Source of the DNA: Balamuthia mandrillaris
Lineage: Eukaryota
Assembly: GCA_031835245.2 (NCBI GenBank)
Contig: JAVKOQ020000101.1
Coordinates: forward strand, 1-64,000
Length of the DNA stretch: 64,000 bases
Direction of reading: 5' to 3'
Position numbers and translations under genes: made by a program. A model generated the notes under the pieces. It was not told the DNA's origin. It ran no database searches and saw only the letters and a list, made by a program, of their open reading frames with translations. This document shows, piece after piece, positions 1 through 11,896 of this stretch (positions are counted from its first letter, which is position 1; every line of letters starts with the position of its first letter).

Positions 1-642
1 CGCAGCATCATTTTCGAGAATATATTCGGGGACTGTTCCGTCTTTTGTTTCTTCGTTGGCGATATTATCTTCTCCTTTTCTTTTCTCTTCTCTTCTCCCT
101 CTCCACCTTCATCTTCTTCTTTCTCTTCTTTGAGCTCCAACACTTCTTCCTTCTCCTCTTCCTCTTGCGAGTTAAAGTCCATTGCTATGCCCGGTACTAT
201 TTTGGCCGGGTGGAAGGGGCTCAACGGGGATTGAGCTCCTCCTCTCCTTTCCTGCTCCTCCTGTTTTCTCTTTCCTCCAGCAACTTCCTCCTCTCTTGTC
301 TTTTGTTCCTGTTCCTCCATGCTCTTTTCCTCCTCCTCCTCCTCCTCCATTTCTTTTCCTTTCTCTTCCTTCATTTCTTCTTCCTCCTCTTCCCCTTCCT
401 CATCTTCGCTGCTCCTCTCGGTGATTGGCGTGTTGTGTGGCGTTGAGGTGGTGGCGTCCAAGGAGGACCCGAACCCCAAAGAGGACTTGAGCTCCTCCTG
501 CTCCTCCATGTCATCCAGCGAGGCAAAGAGCTGTCGTAGCTCCGCCTCTCGTTTCTTCCGCTTCTCCTCCTCCTTCCCCTTTTCCGTCACCACAGTGCCC
601 TTCTTTGTCGTTTGCAACCAGTCACCCGTTCGTGTCTCTTCT

Positions 643-673
<31 letters not shown>

Positions 674-989
674 TCTTCTCTTCCTCCTCTTTCTTCTCTT
701 CCTCCTCCTCTGCTTTGTTTTCTTGCGCGTCCTTCAGTACTTCCCACTGCAAGACCGGCTTCTCCTTCTCCTTCTCCTCTTCCTTCGGTTGGGGATCTTT
801 GGGGTGGGAGGGGGGCTGGCCATAGAGCAGCCCCAGAAACCTCTTCGAGACGGCCCCGCGGCTGGATGTCTCACCGGGCACATTCTTCCACGAGGCGGTC
901 GTTTTAAAACGTTTGGATGGGGTTTGCACCTCTTTGTGAGGCTCGGAGTCTCCTTCCGGTACTCCGCCGGGGGAACGATCTGGCTCCAT
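1..989 (-). CDS. Hypothetical Glu/Lys-rich low-complexity protein, 5' part; appears to run off the left edge
   Basis: ATG at 989 opens MEPDRSPGGVPEGDSEPHKEVQTP...KRKKREAELRQLFASLDDMEQEELK. No stop noticed before the edge, which would explain its absence from the ORF track. Confidence 0.6.
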
Positions 990-1511
990 GTTGAGCACCT
1001 CCTCTCTCTCGCCTGCGGCTGCCCTTTTTCTCTTTTTGCTTTCTTTTTGTTTCTTTGGATTTTCGTTTGATTTTATTTGTTTTTGATTAAAATAAATTCC
1101 TGGAAAAATTTTGACAATGAAATGATTTGTCTCTTTGCGCAAAAAGTTTCTTTTGTTTGAATGAAGTTAAATGTTTGAAACTCTCATTAACTTCGTCGCA
1201 GCTGTCCCAAGAAGAGTGTCCTGGAATGAAACCCAAATGAGGCCCCAATGTTCTCTCTGTTCACTAGAATGGAACAAAAACTGGATTCCGGTCGCACACT
1301 GGAGGATACAATCTCTACGGGATCGCTTTTGTTGAAGTCCAAAGGAACAGGCATTCAAGAAAGAACACACCAAAGAGTTTTTCAAGCGTTTCATCCAGTC
1401 TCAAAGATTACTAGAAAGCTTGTTGAACAGGCCAAAATTGGTGGTCTTACAGGAGGAACTCCAAAAGTTGGAAAGAAACAAAGAAAATACAAGCGAACTG
1501 TATTCTGCTTG

Positions 1512-2684
1512 CTAGATTCTGGGTTCTTGGATAAGTGAGCCTGAAAAAGAATAAGTCCCCATCAAGTGGTCAGGAAGAGGACAGCCATTGCTGTAAGCCC
1601 ATTCCACAATCTCAACGTTGTTGCACTGATCTGCTGTTGTGCATATCCTCTTATCCCAAGGACATCCCTTGGCACGCAACCACTTGAGGATATGCAAATG
1701 GCCTCCCCTGGCTGCTCCCTCGCAGGTCCTTACACCCCAAGGACATCCATTCTCATGCGCCCATTGCAGCACTTCCTTATGATCCCGCTCTGCTGCTCCG
1801 ATGCAAGTCTCCTCGCTCCAAGGGCATCCTTTCTCCCGAAGCCACTGCAACACATTGAGCCGCCCGTTGACTGCTGCACAGTAGAACACCTGCTGCTGTC
1901 CCCAAGGACATCCATTGTCCATGGCCCACTCCAACTGATCCACTTTCCCACCAGCAGCAGCAGAAATGCAGGTGGTTTCGTTCCAAGGACAACCGCGTTC
2001 TCTCAGCCACTTCAGCACCTCCAAGTTGGCAGCTGAGGCACTGGTGTACACATCCCAGGGACAGCCGTGCTGGTGAAGGAACTCTAGAAGGTGCATGTGG
2101 CCTTTGCTTGCTGCCGCTGTGAAGGCGCTAGCCTTCCAAGGACACCCGTTCTCGTGTAGATAGTGCAGAACATCCAGGTGGCCAAAAAGGGCTGCCCAAA
2201 GGCAAGCGTTTTCATTCCAAGAGTGGCCTTGCTCTCCAAGCCATTTCAGCACTTCCAACTGACCTCCCATGGCTGCTTTGTCGCACAGGTTCATGTGTTG
2301 GCGGTCGCAGCCGTTCTGTAGCACCCATTGCAGCACTCCCAAATGACCAAACTGAGCAGCAGCAGCGCAGGTCTCCCTGTCCCACGGGCAGCCTTGCGCT
2401 CTTGCCCATTGCAGCACTTCCAACCGACCATGGCGGGCGGAAAGGGCGCAGGTACGAGCGGTCATTTGATAGTCGGCCTGGTGGATAGCCCACTGCAAGA
2501 GGTTCAGGCGAGAACAGACGGTTTTGGCCAGCATGGTCTGGCGTTGTTCTTTGGGAGAGCATCGGAACCAGCGGCGACAGGTCCTGGCGGCAATGCCCAC
2601 CATGCCCTCGGGAAGCATGCCCAAGGTGAAGGCCAGCAGTTCATCGGGAAGGGCTTCGATCAGACAGGGGCTCTCCTCTTCCAT
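1512..2684 (-). CDS. F-box-like N-terminus plus GCPW-type ankyrin-repeat protein, intronless
   Basis: MEEESPCLIEALPDELLAFTL...ARTCRRW (F-box-like), followed by about 12 repeats of AAxxGxLEVLxWxxxxGCPW. Likely ATG at 2684 within ORF 1512..2795. Confidence 0.85.
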   Translation of the reverse strand: MEEESPCLIEALPDELLAFTLGMLPEGMVGIAARTCRRWFRCSPKEQRQTMLAKTVCSRLNLLQWAIHQADYQMTARTCALSARHGRLEVLQWARAQGCPWDRETCAAAAQFGHLGVLQWVLQNGCDRQHMNLCDKAAMGGQLEVLKWLGEQGHSWNENACLWAALFGHLDVLHYLHENGCPWKASAFTAAASKGHMHLLEFLHQHGCPWDVYTSASAANLEVLKWLRERGCPWNETTCISAAAGGKVDQLEWAMDNGCPWGQQQVFYCAAVNGRLNVLQWLREKGCPWSEETCIGAAERDHKEVLQWAHENGCPWGVRTCEGAARGGHLHILKWLRAKGCPWDKRICTTADQCNNVEIVEWAYSNGCPLPDHLMGTYSFSGSLIQEPRI

Positions 2685-3187
2685 CTCTCCTCTTTCTTCT
2701 TTTTCTGATTTCTTTTTGAATGATATGTTTGAATAGCAATTGGAGGATCTGAAATGAAGTAAGCATGCTTTGGACAAGGCCAAAACAAAGAGCAAACCGT
2801 CCGATCGGACACGAGGAATAAAGCTTTTTGAGGGCCCGAGCGTGTCTCACACTTGCTCCCCCATACATTCCAAAATAGGGTCCTACATGAGCGCCTCTTC
2901 TTGCAAATGGGAAAAATAGAAGTCTTGGTCTGGCTTCAACTATGCACCAACAAAAAAAAATATAAGTACTAGTTTTGTGCAGCAACGCAACCAACAAAAA
3001 CAGAAAGCACAAGTGTTAGCGAACCAAACATTTTTCTGCTAACATCAAAACCAGAACAGAAGAACAAACCTTTTTTTTATATTTCTTGTATTTTATATGC
3101 TTCTTTGTTAGGGAGACCCCTTTTCTGGCTCTTCGACCGCGTCCCCTTCTCCTTCAACAAATATAATTTTTTGAACCTGTAAAAAGG

Positions 3188-5331
3188 ATGTCCACGACAC
3201 CGGATGAGACGCCTGTGGGAGAGGAGTCAGTTGCCTCGCTGGAGTTCTCTGCGGCCATACCCGACCTCAAGCTTCTGCCTGTGAACTACGACAAGCCTGC
3301 TCCTGCCTCAGAGAGGACAGAATCTCCAACCCCCGAAAGAAAGAACGATGAGCTGCTTCAACTAGAAGCCATCAATTTCATGGAGGTTACGCCGCGAGGA
3401 AAGAAGACCATAAAGTCTGGAAGCTTGCCCTCGTTGGTGAAGTTCTTCCTCATGGACAGCGCGGCTGGTAACCCCGTTCACCTGTTTCTCTTTTCGTTCT
3501 TTTTTTAACTAACTGGCTCCGCATGCACACAGCTCCCGAAGATCTGCACAAGTTTTTGATGTGTTATAGGAGATGGTGTTCTCCTGGACAACTGTGGAGC
3601 GTCATCATGCGCATGTAAGTACCCATGAGCTGGGGCTCATCCATTTGCTTCATAAAACTTACTGTAAGTTTCTACGCTTTCGATAGGTACAACCCTGAGG
3701 ACGAGAAGGACTTGAGCCCTGAGACCCTTTTTCAACAACGAAAGTACGTTCTCGCCTCTTCATCTTCTTTCTTCCTGCTTCGAGTACTACCTCTCTCTTC
3801 TCTTCTTCTGCTCTCTCCCGCCATTCTATTACGCGAGCACAGCTAACATATCTGAAAATACCACCGACTTGATGCTCTTAGTGCGGTCATCTCGTTCATC
3901 ATAACATGGATAGAGCGATGCTCCAGTCAAGACTTTTTCTCATCGAAGGAGAAGTTTGCTAACCCACTTTGGAAGTCCCTTCATGAGTTCATTCGACGTC
4001 TGGAGCACTCTCAATGCCAATCATGGGCAAAGAGTCTGGTGGAGAAGGTACTTGACCCACCGCTTTTAGTGTTGTCAAATCCTTTCGCTGTACCCGTTGG
4101 CTTGTCGGCCTCTAGTTGCTTATCATGTATCCCAGTTGAAAGAAAGAAACGGTGGTTTTGATGGAGAGATAGACCTTCGAACGGACTATGACTACCGCGG
4201 AGTGGTGTGGAGCATCACCCAGACGCTCTTTCCAAGGAGCCTAGTGCCAGGAGAGTTTCAGCTGCTTGATATTCATGCGTACGTAGTTACCTCTTAAAAT
4301 AACCCTTTGGTTTATGCGAGGACTTGCATTCATCTTCACGTCTCTCATCATTTTTGTTTGTCTTTCTTTGGTGCCGCAGGCAAGAAGTTGCTCAATGTTT
4401 GACTCTAACGGAGTATAACCTGTTTCGGAATATCCGCATTAACGAGTTCCTGGAGAAAACCTGGATAAAGGACGAAGGCAACTCCCTCATCTACGTCATG
4501 GTCAACCGCTTTAACCATGTTGCGTTCTGGGCTGCCACTGAGATTGTCTCTCAGGACAACCTTTACAACAGGAAGATGGCTCTGGAACGTTTCATCCAAG
4601 TGGCACAGGTATGCAATCTGGCAAACTCTGCTTCTTGTCTCCAAAGAAAGCGAAACGAACTAACAAAAACAAAAAGGCGTGTTATGAGATGAACAACTTT
4701 AACTCAACGATGGAAATGATGGCTGGACTGAGTATGGGTCCTGTTTCTAGGTTGAAGAAGACCTGGGCGGTTAGTTTTCTCCATCTTTCGCCTCTTCAGT
4801 TAGAGAGCACCTTTTTCCTTCTTCTTCTTGTTGTTGCGGTCTGCTGTTCTTGCTCATTCCAGCTGCTCTATTGTACTGCAGGCCATTTCTCGTTCCTCGC
4901 TGGAGACGTTCAAAATGTTGGAGGACGAAATGAAACCAATGAAGAACTACTATAACTATCGGAAAAAAGTGCAGCTGCTGACAGCCGCTAAAGTTCCGCT
5001 CTTGCCCTATGTCGGTGCGTTATTCTTTGTACTTTCTTTTACCTTCTGCTTTCCTCATCTTCTTACAAACACCGTAAACGAAAAAGGCCTATTGTTGAAA
5101 GACTTAACGTTCATAGACGAGAACCCAGACAAAGCAGACGGAGGCCTCATTAACTTTGAAAAGGTGGACCTGCTGGGCACCATCATGATGAAGATAGAGT
5201 ACTTTCAGCAGCAAACGTTCAGCCTTATCGAGGTGGAGGAGCCCATTCTCAACTTCCTTAACAACCTCCACGTCCAAAACGAGGATGATCTCTATCAGCT
5301 CTCGTTAAAGCAAGAGCCACGAGGCTCTTAG
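3188..5331 (+). CDS. Ras guanine-nucleotide exchange factor (REM + CDC25 domain), multi-exon
   Basis: IKSGSLPSL...FLMCYRRW (REM). CDC25 motifs EVAQCLTLTEYNLFRNI, NRFNHVAFW, MNNFNSTM...VSRLKKTW, NYYNYR, LPYVG..LKDLTFIDENPD...LINFEK. GT-AG introns. Confidence 0.9.
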
Positions 5332-5556
5332 TCAAAAAACACAGGCAGCAAGAGAGTGTATTGCGTGTGTGTTAATGGAAGCACGAGAGACGAAAGCTCA
5401 CTCCTGCTGTGTTTGTTTTGTGCTCTTGTTTGTTGTTTGTAATCTACCTCCAAACCTTTCCGATTTGCCTCTTTGTCTTTTCTTGCGTTCTGCTTCTTCT
5501 TCTTCTGCATCTTGTTCTTCTTGCTCTTGCTCTTCTCCTTCGGTCTGGCTCTTTGT

Positions 5557-6509
5557 TTAGCAACGCAGAGCCAAGAGCTGTTGTTGAAGCTTTCGACGTA
5601 ACCAATCAATTCTGTCGTTGCCAAAGAAGAGCTCTCCGCCGGCAACCATGGAGGGCACGCCAAACACTCCCTCCTCCTCCACCGCCTGCCTTCGTATCCT
5701 TTCCAACGCCCTCCTTCCCTTCGACAATCCATTTTCCTCCGCTTTGAGTGCAAAGTCTTCAAATCCTTGCTCCACCCATTCTTCTACCCCTGTTTCATCG
5801 TTGAGCTGATGCCGATCACTTTCGTTGCGCGCGAGAAGAAGGATCTGTTTCAAGGAGGAGAGGTCCTCCAAGTCAAGCTCGTGCTTGAAAAATCGTTCAA
5901 ACACCACGTCAGTGTAACAACGAAACGTGGTCGTCCGTTTCGGATCCTCCTTGGGAGCGCTTGGGAGAGGCGGGTTGAGCGATCCCCTCGGCTGCTGGTC
6001 GTATTGCAGGCAGTAGAGACCGGCCATCATGGCCAACGAGGAATCAAACACTCGTTTGGGGCCTTTCAAGGTCACCGGCGGCGATCGGGCGTTGGCGAAG
6101 CGACGAGCGTCGAGGTAGGCGTACTTCACTTTGTTCCAGTGCAGCGTCGTGCGGGATTGGGGCAGGCCGAAGCTGTGCTCCACGTCAAAGGCGAAGGGCA
6201 GCCACTCCACCCGCAGGTGCGGGGCAAACTCCTGCTCCAGGGCGTAGATCTCATCCTTGGCGAGGTAGGAAAAGGGGCTCTTGTAGTCAAAGTAAAAGCG
6301 CAATGGGACCACGGGTGGCGCGTAATGCCTCTGCTGTTCCTCACTTGGTGGCCTTGGAGGAGGAGCAGCGGCAGAGGTGGTTGTGGTTGCTGCCCCCCTC
6401 CTGCAGCTGGCGGCTTGGAGGTGGCGGAGCAGCCCCTGTGGTTGCAGCAACGGCCTCTTGCACGCCTACCGAGCAGAACGCCTGGCACCACCCCCGCTGC
6501 TCTCTTCAT
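5557..6509 (-). CDS. 2-hydroxychromene-2-carboxylate isomerase / kappa-class GST (DsbA-like thioredoxin fold)
   Basis: FYFDYKSPFSYLA catalytic motif, YAYLDARRFA, and GVFGVPSMVAGGELFFGNDRIDWL. The start is uncertain: the nearest ATG (6509) is out of frame with ORF 5557..6450. Confidence 0.85.
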
Positions 6510-6703
6510 TCTCTTAACCTTCCTGGTCCTGCTTTCCTTTCGAAACTTTATCCGCACAAACCACGTGCATTACTTTTTCAAAAGAGATTTCTGATAAAAA
6601 AGATGAAGAGCACTTTTCATAACGACAAGGGAACAGAGAGAACATGTTGCAGGCAGTAGTAGTGTTTGTTGCTGTCTCATGTTGTTGATGATGATGAAGA
6701 GGT

Positions 6704-9700
6704 CTATTGTGTGGATGTGGATGTTTCAGTGGTGTTGGGGTTGGGGGTGGCAGAGGAGGAGGCGGAGGTGGAGCTGGTGGCAGCGGCTGCTGCTGCTGCT
6801 TTATTGCGTCGCGCACGCCGTTTGGCCGCTTTCTTCCTTTGCCGTTCTCTTTGTCTTCGTTGTTCTTGTTGTTGCAACCGCCGTTGTTGTTGCTGCTGCT
6901 GCAACTGATGCTGCGGTCGCTGCTGCTGTTGTGACGTTGTTGATGTTGTCGATGAAGTGGTTTGCTGCTGTTGATGGTCTCGCATCTCATCAACAACACC
7001 TCTATTACCAGATGGGCCACTCGCACCGTTTCTTTGTCTTCTTCTTCCTCCTCTTCTACGTCGCCTACCTCCACCACTTCCGCCGCCGCTATCTTCCTCA
7101 GCACTTCTACCAGCAACAGAAGGGGAGAATGGTGCAGTCGTGTCGTCTTCCCAATGCCAATGACTGAGAGAAGGCGCTCCACCGCTTTCTCTTTCTCTCA
7201 TACTCGTTTCTTCTCCCTCTTCCTCTTCCTCTCCTCCTAATCCTACCTCTTCTTCTTCTCTTCCATCAGCAGCACCGCTGCCACTATCACCACGATCTTC
7301 GTATTCTTCAGCTTCCATGTCCAACCGCTCCAAACGCAACAAGCTCTCCCGCAGACGTTCGCGCAGACTGGCGTCGACACCCACACTCTCTGCCACGCTT
7401 TCCAGCCGACGACGTCGCTCGTCTTCATCTTCCTCTTCGTAGTCTTCATCTTCGTAGTACTCTTCTTCGTAGTCTTCGTCATCACGAGCGTGTAGTCGTC
7501 CTCTGTCTTGCTCGTCTTCCCAGTATTCTTCTTCTTCCTCTTCTCCCTCTTCTCCCTCTTCTCCCTCTTCTTCTCCGTCTCCTTTATACCATTCCTCTTC
7601 CTCTTCATCTTCGTACTCCTTTTCTTCTTTTTCCCACTCTTCTTCGTCTTCATATTCCTCCTCACCTTTGCCTTCTTCCCATTGTCCTTCATCTTCCTGT
7701 TCATCTTTTTCTTTTGTTCCTTCATCTCCTTCTTCTTCGTCTTCTTTTCCTATAGTGTCTTCGCTTCCTCCTAATTCTTCTTCTGGTATCGGAGGCAAGC
7801 TGTCAAAGCTATGGGTTCCTTCGTCCTCGTCTTCCTCCTCATCCAACGTCAGAAGAATACCCATCTCTGCTGCTTTCTTCATGGCCTCCGCCTCCATTTC
7901 ATACTTTTTCTTCGCCTTCTTCCTTCTTCTCGCCTTTTGTCTCTGTTTCTGTCTCAACTTTTGTTTCTCCGAACGTTTCTGCTGTTGTTGCTTCTGTTGC
8001 TGTCGCAGTTGTTGGCATCGTTCCGGGTCCACAAAAGCGGCTGCCTTCTTCTTGGCTCTTGCCTTTCTCTTCGCTTTGGCTTGCTTCTTGGTTCGCATTC
8101 GTCTAACCTGCTTCATCTTCCGCGTGTACATATGATCCAAGTCGAAGATGCCATAGTACTCTCTGCCATGCATGCTCCTTGCTTTTTTGATCTTGAACTC
8201 GGAGCGGGCGTCATCAACAGCCATTCTTCCGTAGATCTGCTGCTTTTGACTCTTTTTCTTAGGGCGAGCTCCTCTGTACTCATACGCGTCCAAAATATAG
8301 GCCACGCCAATATTCACTTTTTAAATCGAGAAAAACAAAATAAACACAAAAAATTTTGAAACAAAAAAGAAAGACCATAAAGGACTTACCAACTACGAAG
8401 TCAGAGATGGCAAGAAAAGAAATAAGATAAACATAACTCCAAAGGCTGCCGCTGGCGTGAACCCATCCATCCATCTCCTCCCAATCCATGCCTATCTGCA
8501 CCTCGAACAACGCTAGAAACGCGTTTCCAAAGTCATTGAAGTTGTGTATGAATAAATCATCCGACGCAAAATCAGTGTTGGCCAAGCGGGGATTCTCCAG
8601 GTAGATCTGCCCACCGAATATCTGGATTCCAACTGCCGCATAAATATAGTAAACAGCCAACAAAACGCCGATTAGAACGGTCAAAGTTGGCATCAGTTCG
8701 ACCAACGTCTTGATGATGGCTCTGAAGCGAGGCAGTCGATTGAGGATGCGAATGATGCGGATGCTGCGCAATACCATCAGCAGAGAGATGGTGCTAGAAG
8801 GGATGGAGTCAGGATGAGAGAGCTCGTAAAGCTGGGCGGCTACGATGGCCACCACGATGAAGAAGTCCAGCCGGTTCATGTACTTTTGGAACCAACGAGT
8901 ACCATAAACAAAGACTTTGATGGCTATTTCTCCTGCATACACCACGGTAAATGCTATTTGGGCCATCTCCCAAATTTCTGTAGGGAATAGAAGAAACTTT
9001 AAAAATAGAATTACAAAATAAAAAGAGAAGAGAAAGGGACCTTGTTGGGCATGGTGAAGTTGATATTCAATAATGAGACAGACACAGTTGAGAACAACCA
9101 AAAGGTCAACGCAATACTCAAAATAACGGCTTTCCACAATGGTATGCAATACCCGTATGACGCGAAGGCGATGTAAATCAGGAAAGCGGGACGAAAACAA
9201 ACCTCTTGAAGGATCTGTACATCATATCAGTTAGCACTCAACCAAAAGAGAAAAGAGAAACAGATTTAAGCACACCTTTACGCATCTGGAAACGAAGATT
9301 CAGCACGTAACAAAGTTCCAGAAACTCCGGTTTGCGAATATAACCGGTCTTATCTCTGTCCAACACGTCACAAACAAAGTTGACTTGGCTGATAGGAACG
9401 GAGGCGATGTGATGGTACGCGTTCAGCTCACGAAAAAGCGCCTTTGCCACCTCGAAACTGACACAGCCTGGTCCATGTTCTGGAGATAACAAGGCTAACA
9501 CGTTGAACGCTTCCATTAATGCAAACCTTCGTCTTTCCTGTGAAGAGAGAGAGCACAGTACAATGATAAGAAATTAAGCTGAGACACAAAACGTCAATGA
9601 CGTAGAGAATTGAACGGAGAACGGAGAAAGGAGAAAAGAGAAAAGAGCATACCAAGAACCGAGCGGCATCTTTGTGCATAAGATTGCGGTAGCTAGAGTA

Positions 9701-10509
9701 AAATACGGCCAAAGCCAAGTTTAAGAGCAAGTAGGTGCCCAACAAAAGAAAGGCCAAGAAGAAAAATATGGATATACGGTGCTTGTCATAAGCAGTGCTG
9801 ATAATATAGGGAAAATTTCCAGCGTATAACAAATCGAACAGTTGCGCCACTGTTGCTCCAAATGAACCAAAGTATTCGTCTTTTTCATTAAAGTTAGAAT
9901 CAGAAAAATGCAACGTAAAAGAGGGAAAGGAAAGATGGATGATAGTACCATCCATATCTTTGAACAATAAAAGACCAATCCAGGAAAACAACAAAACAAA
10001 GATGGCAATCAAACTAGCGACGTCCAGCACCCTCACTATCATCACTAAAATGTTCTTAAGAGACCGTCGAATCTGAATGCATTCACAAGAACGTAGACAA
10101 AACAAATATAAAAGTCAACGAAAAGAGAGGGGAAGAGGGAGAGAGTAATACGAACGGGTGAGAAAAAAACGCAAAAGAGCAGCGGACGAAGGTACGGTGA
10201 TACGAGAGCTATAGGAACGGTAGGCGCAGCAAAGGCGAGAATCAAAGAAATAAAGAGCTGCAATATGATTATGATTTCGAAGGAGACCGTCAAAAGGTGC
10301 CATAGGTTGTGCCGAAGCGTGAAGAAACGGTGTGGGCCTAACACCACCAACCACAACATTGACTGGGTGATAAGAATAAGCATGCACACGAGCTCTATGG
10401 TCTGTGTTACCCACGGCTTTAGTTTTGGTATACGGGAGTCTTCCCATGTTCTGTCTTCCGTTGCTGAAAAAACGAGTTGCGGTGAGCAGTTGAGGAAAAC
10501 AGGTAACAA

Positions 10510-10559
<50 letters not shown>

Positions 10560-10826
10560 CGAGAGAGAGAGCGCGCGAAGAGTACCACGAGCAGAATGGC
10601 AGCCACCATCAGCCCAAAAGGCGCACCAGTAAGGTTCCTCGAAAAAAGGAAGCAAGAACAGAACTATCCACACGATATATCTCAGCCAGGCCAAGTTGTG
10701 GTAGATGCGATGTGCCCTAAGGGCCACTGGGCTGTCAAGCGACAGGGTTGGTTTTCCGGACACTGCACAGTCGATCATCACCGCTGCTTTCTTCAGCTGA
10801 AATGTTCGACTGTTGAAGAGCGAGTG

Positions 10827-10870
<44 letters not shown>

Positions 10871-11164
10871 ACGAAGGAGAGTGAGAACAAGTGAAAGATG
10901 AGTAGAAGAAACAGTGAGAGCTCTTTACTTTTTGGGGTCGGCGTTCAAAAGGACGACAACGTCGTCCTCAGCGGTAGTGACGGAGCCATACGGAGGCGGC
11001 AAACAAGAAGGTGGCAAGCTTGCGGTGGAAGTCTCCGGAGTCACTCCCTCAGATGCAGGCCTGCTATTATCGTTCACATCAGGGCCAAGCAATGGCCGTC
11101 GGTGTTCCTTGTCCTCTCCCCAGAACCCTCCTTCCGAGCTGCCACTGCCACCCAGTTTTCTCAT
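6704..11164 (-). CDS. TPC: Two-pore channel (TPC family) with EF-hand linker and a very long acidic C-terminal tail, multi-exon
   Basis: Two 6-TM repeats. FLLPFFEEPYW; S4-I VSPYLRPL; pore I QLFDLLYAGNFP; EF-hand DRDKTGYIRKPEF; S4-II LRSIRIIRIL; HNFNDFGNAFLALF; S6 VVVNIGVAYILDAY. N-terminal EHRRPLL dileucine motif. Confidence 0.9.
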
Positions 11165-11896
11165 TAGGGCATATTCTATGTTCTTGTGCTTGTTCTTGTC
11201 TACGTTCGTTGTTGCTTTCTTTTTTTCAAGTTTTTGGATCTCTTCAGACGAACTCTTCTCCTTTTCTCACAAAAGATGCGAAGTTTAAACAAAAAGATGG
11301 AGGAGGAGAAAAAGAAAAAGACGCCTAGACTTTAGAGACCAGCCACTCACCTTACGCAAAAGTCGTCCACGCTGTTAAAAAAAACCCCGGATCGAAAAAA
11401 AAAAAAGAAGAAGAATAAAGAAGAAGAATAAAAAGTCAATCTTTCCGCCACTGATTGATGCTTGAGGATCGAACGATAAAAAAAGTGGGAGAGTGAAAGA
11501 AAAAACAAAAACAACGGAGAGCGTTGTCACAAAAACTCTTCTGCTGGCCTCGTTCCACCTTTTCGTGGTGGTGGGGGTGGGTTGGTTGTTATCAGTGAGG
11601 GTCTTTTGGTCACCTGACCGGCCGTAACCCGTGAAATAGCGAACACTCAACCACAACAACTTTTTGTTGGCAAAGGCGAGTCGGCACCACCACCACCCCC
11701 AAGCACAAAGCGGTAGAAAAGCGGTAGCAACAAAGTTTCAAAACAAAAAAACAGAACGCGTCGGGTCACCCCTAGAGCGCGGAGCCATTCTCACTAGATA
11801 GCACCCCCCCCCCTAGAGCGCGGAGTGTTTTGTTTGGAAAAAGACTGCATGTGAGGCAACCTGCCCTTTGCCTCCTCTGGCCATAGCGGTCCCCCC

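Noticed and set aside
45..1070. Several + strand Phe/Leu/Ser-rich ORFs
   Set aside because: Antisense shadows of the Glu/Lys-rich minus-strand gene.
1248..1538. 96-aa + strand ORF
   Set aside because: No recognisable motif, and it overlaps the 3' end of the ankyrin gene.
5767..6594. 275-aa + strand ORF
   Set aside because: Antisense to the well-supported HCCA isomerase gene.
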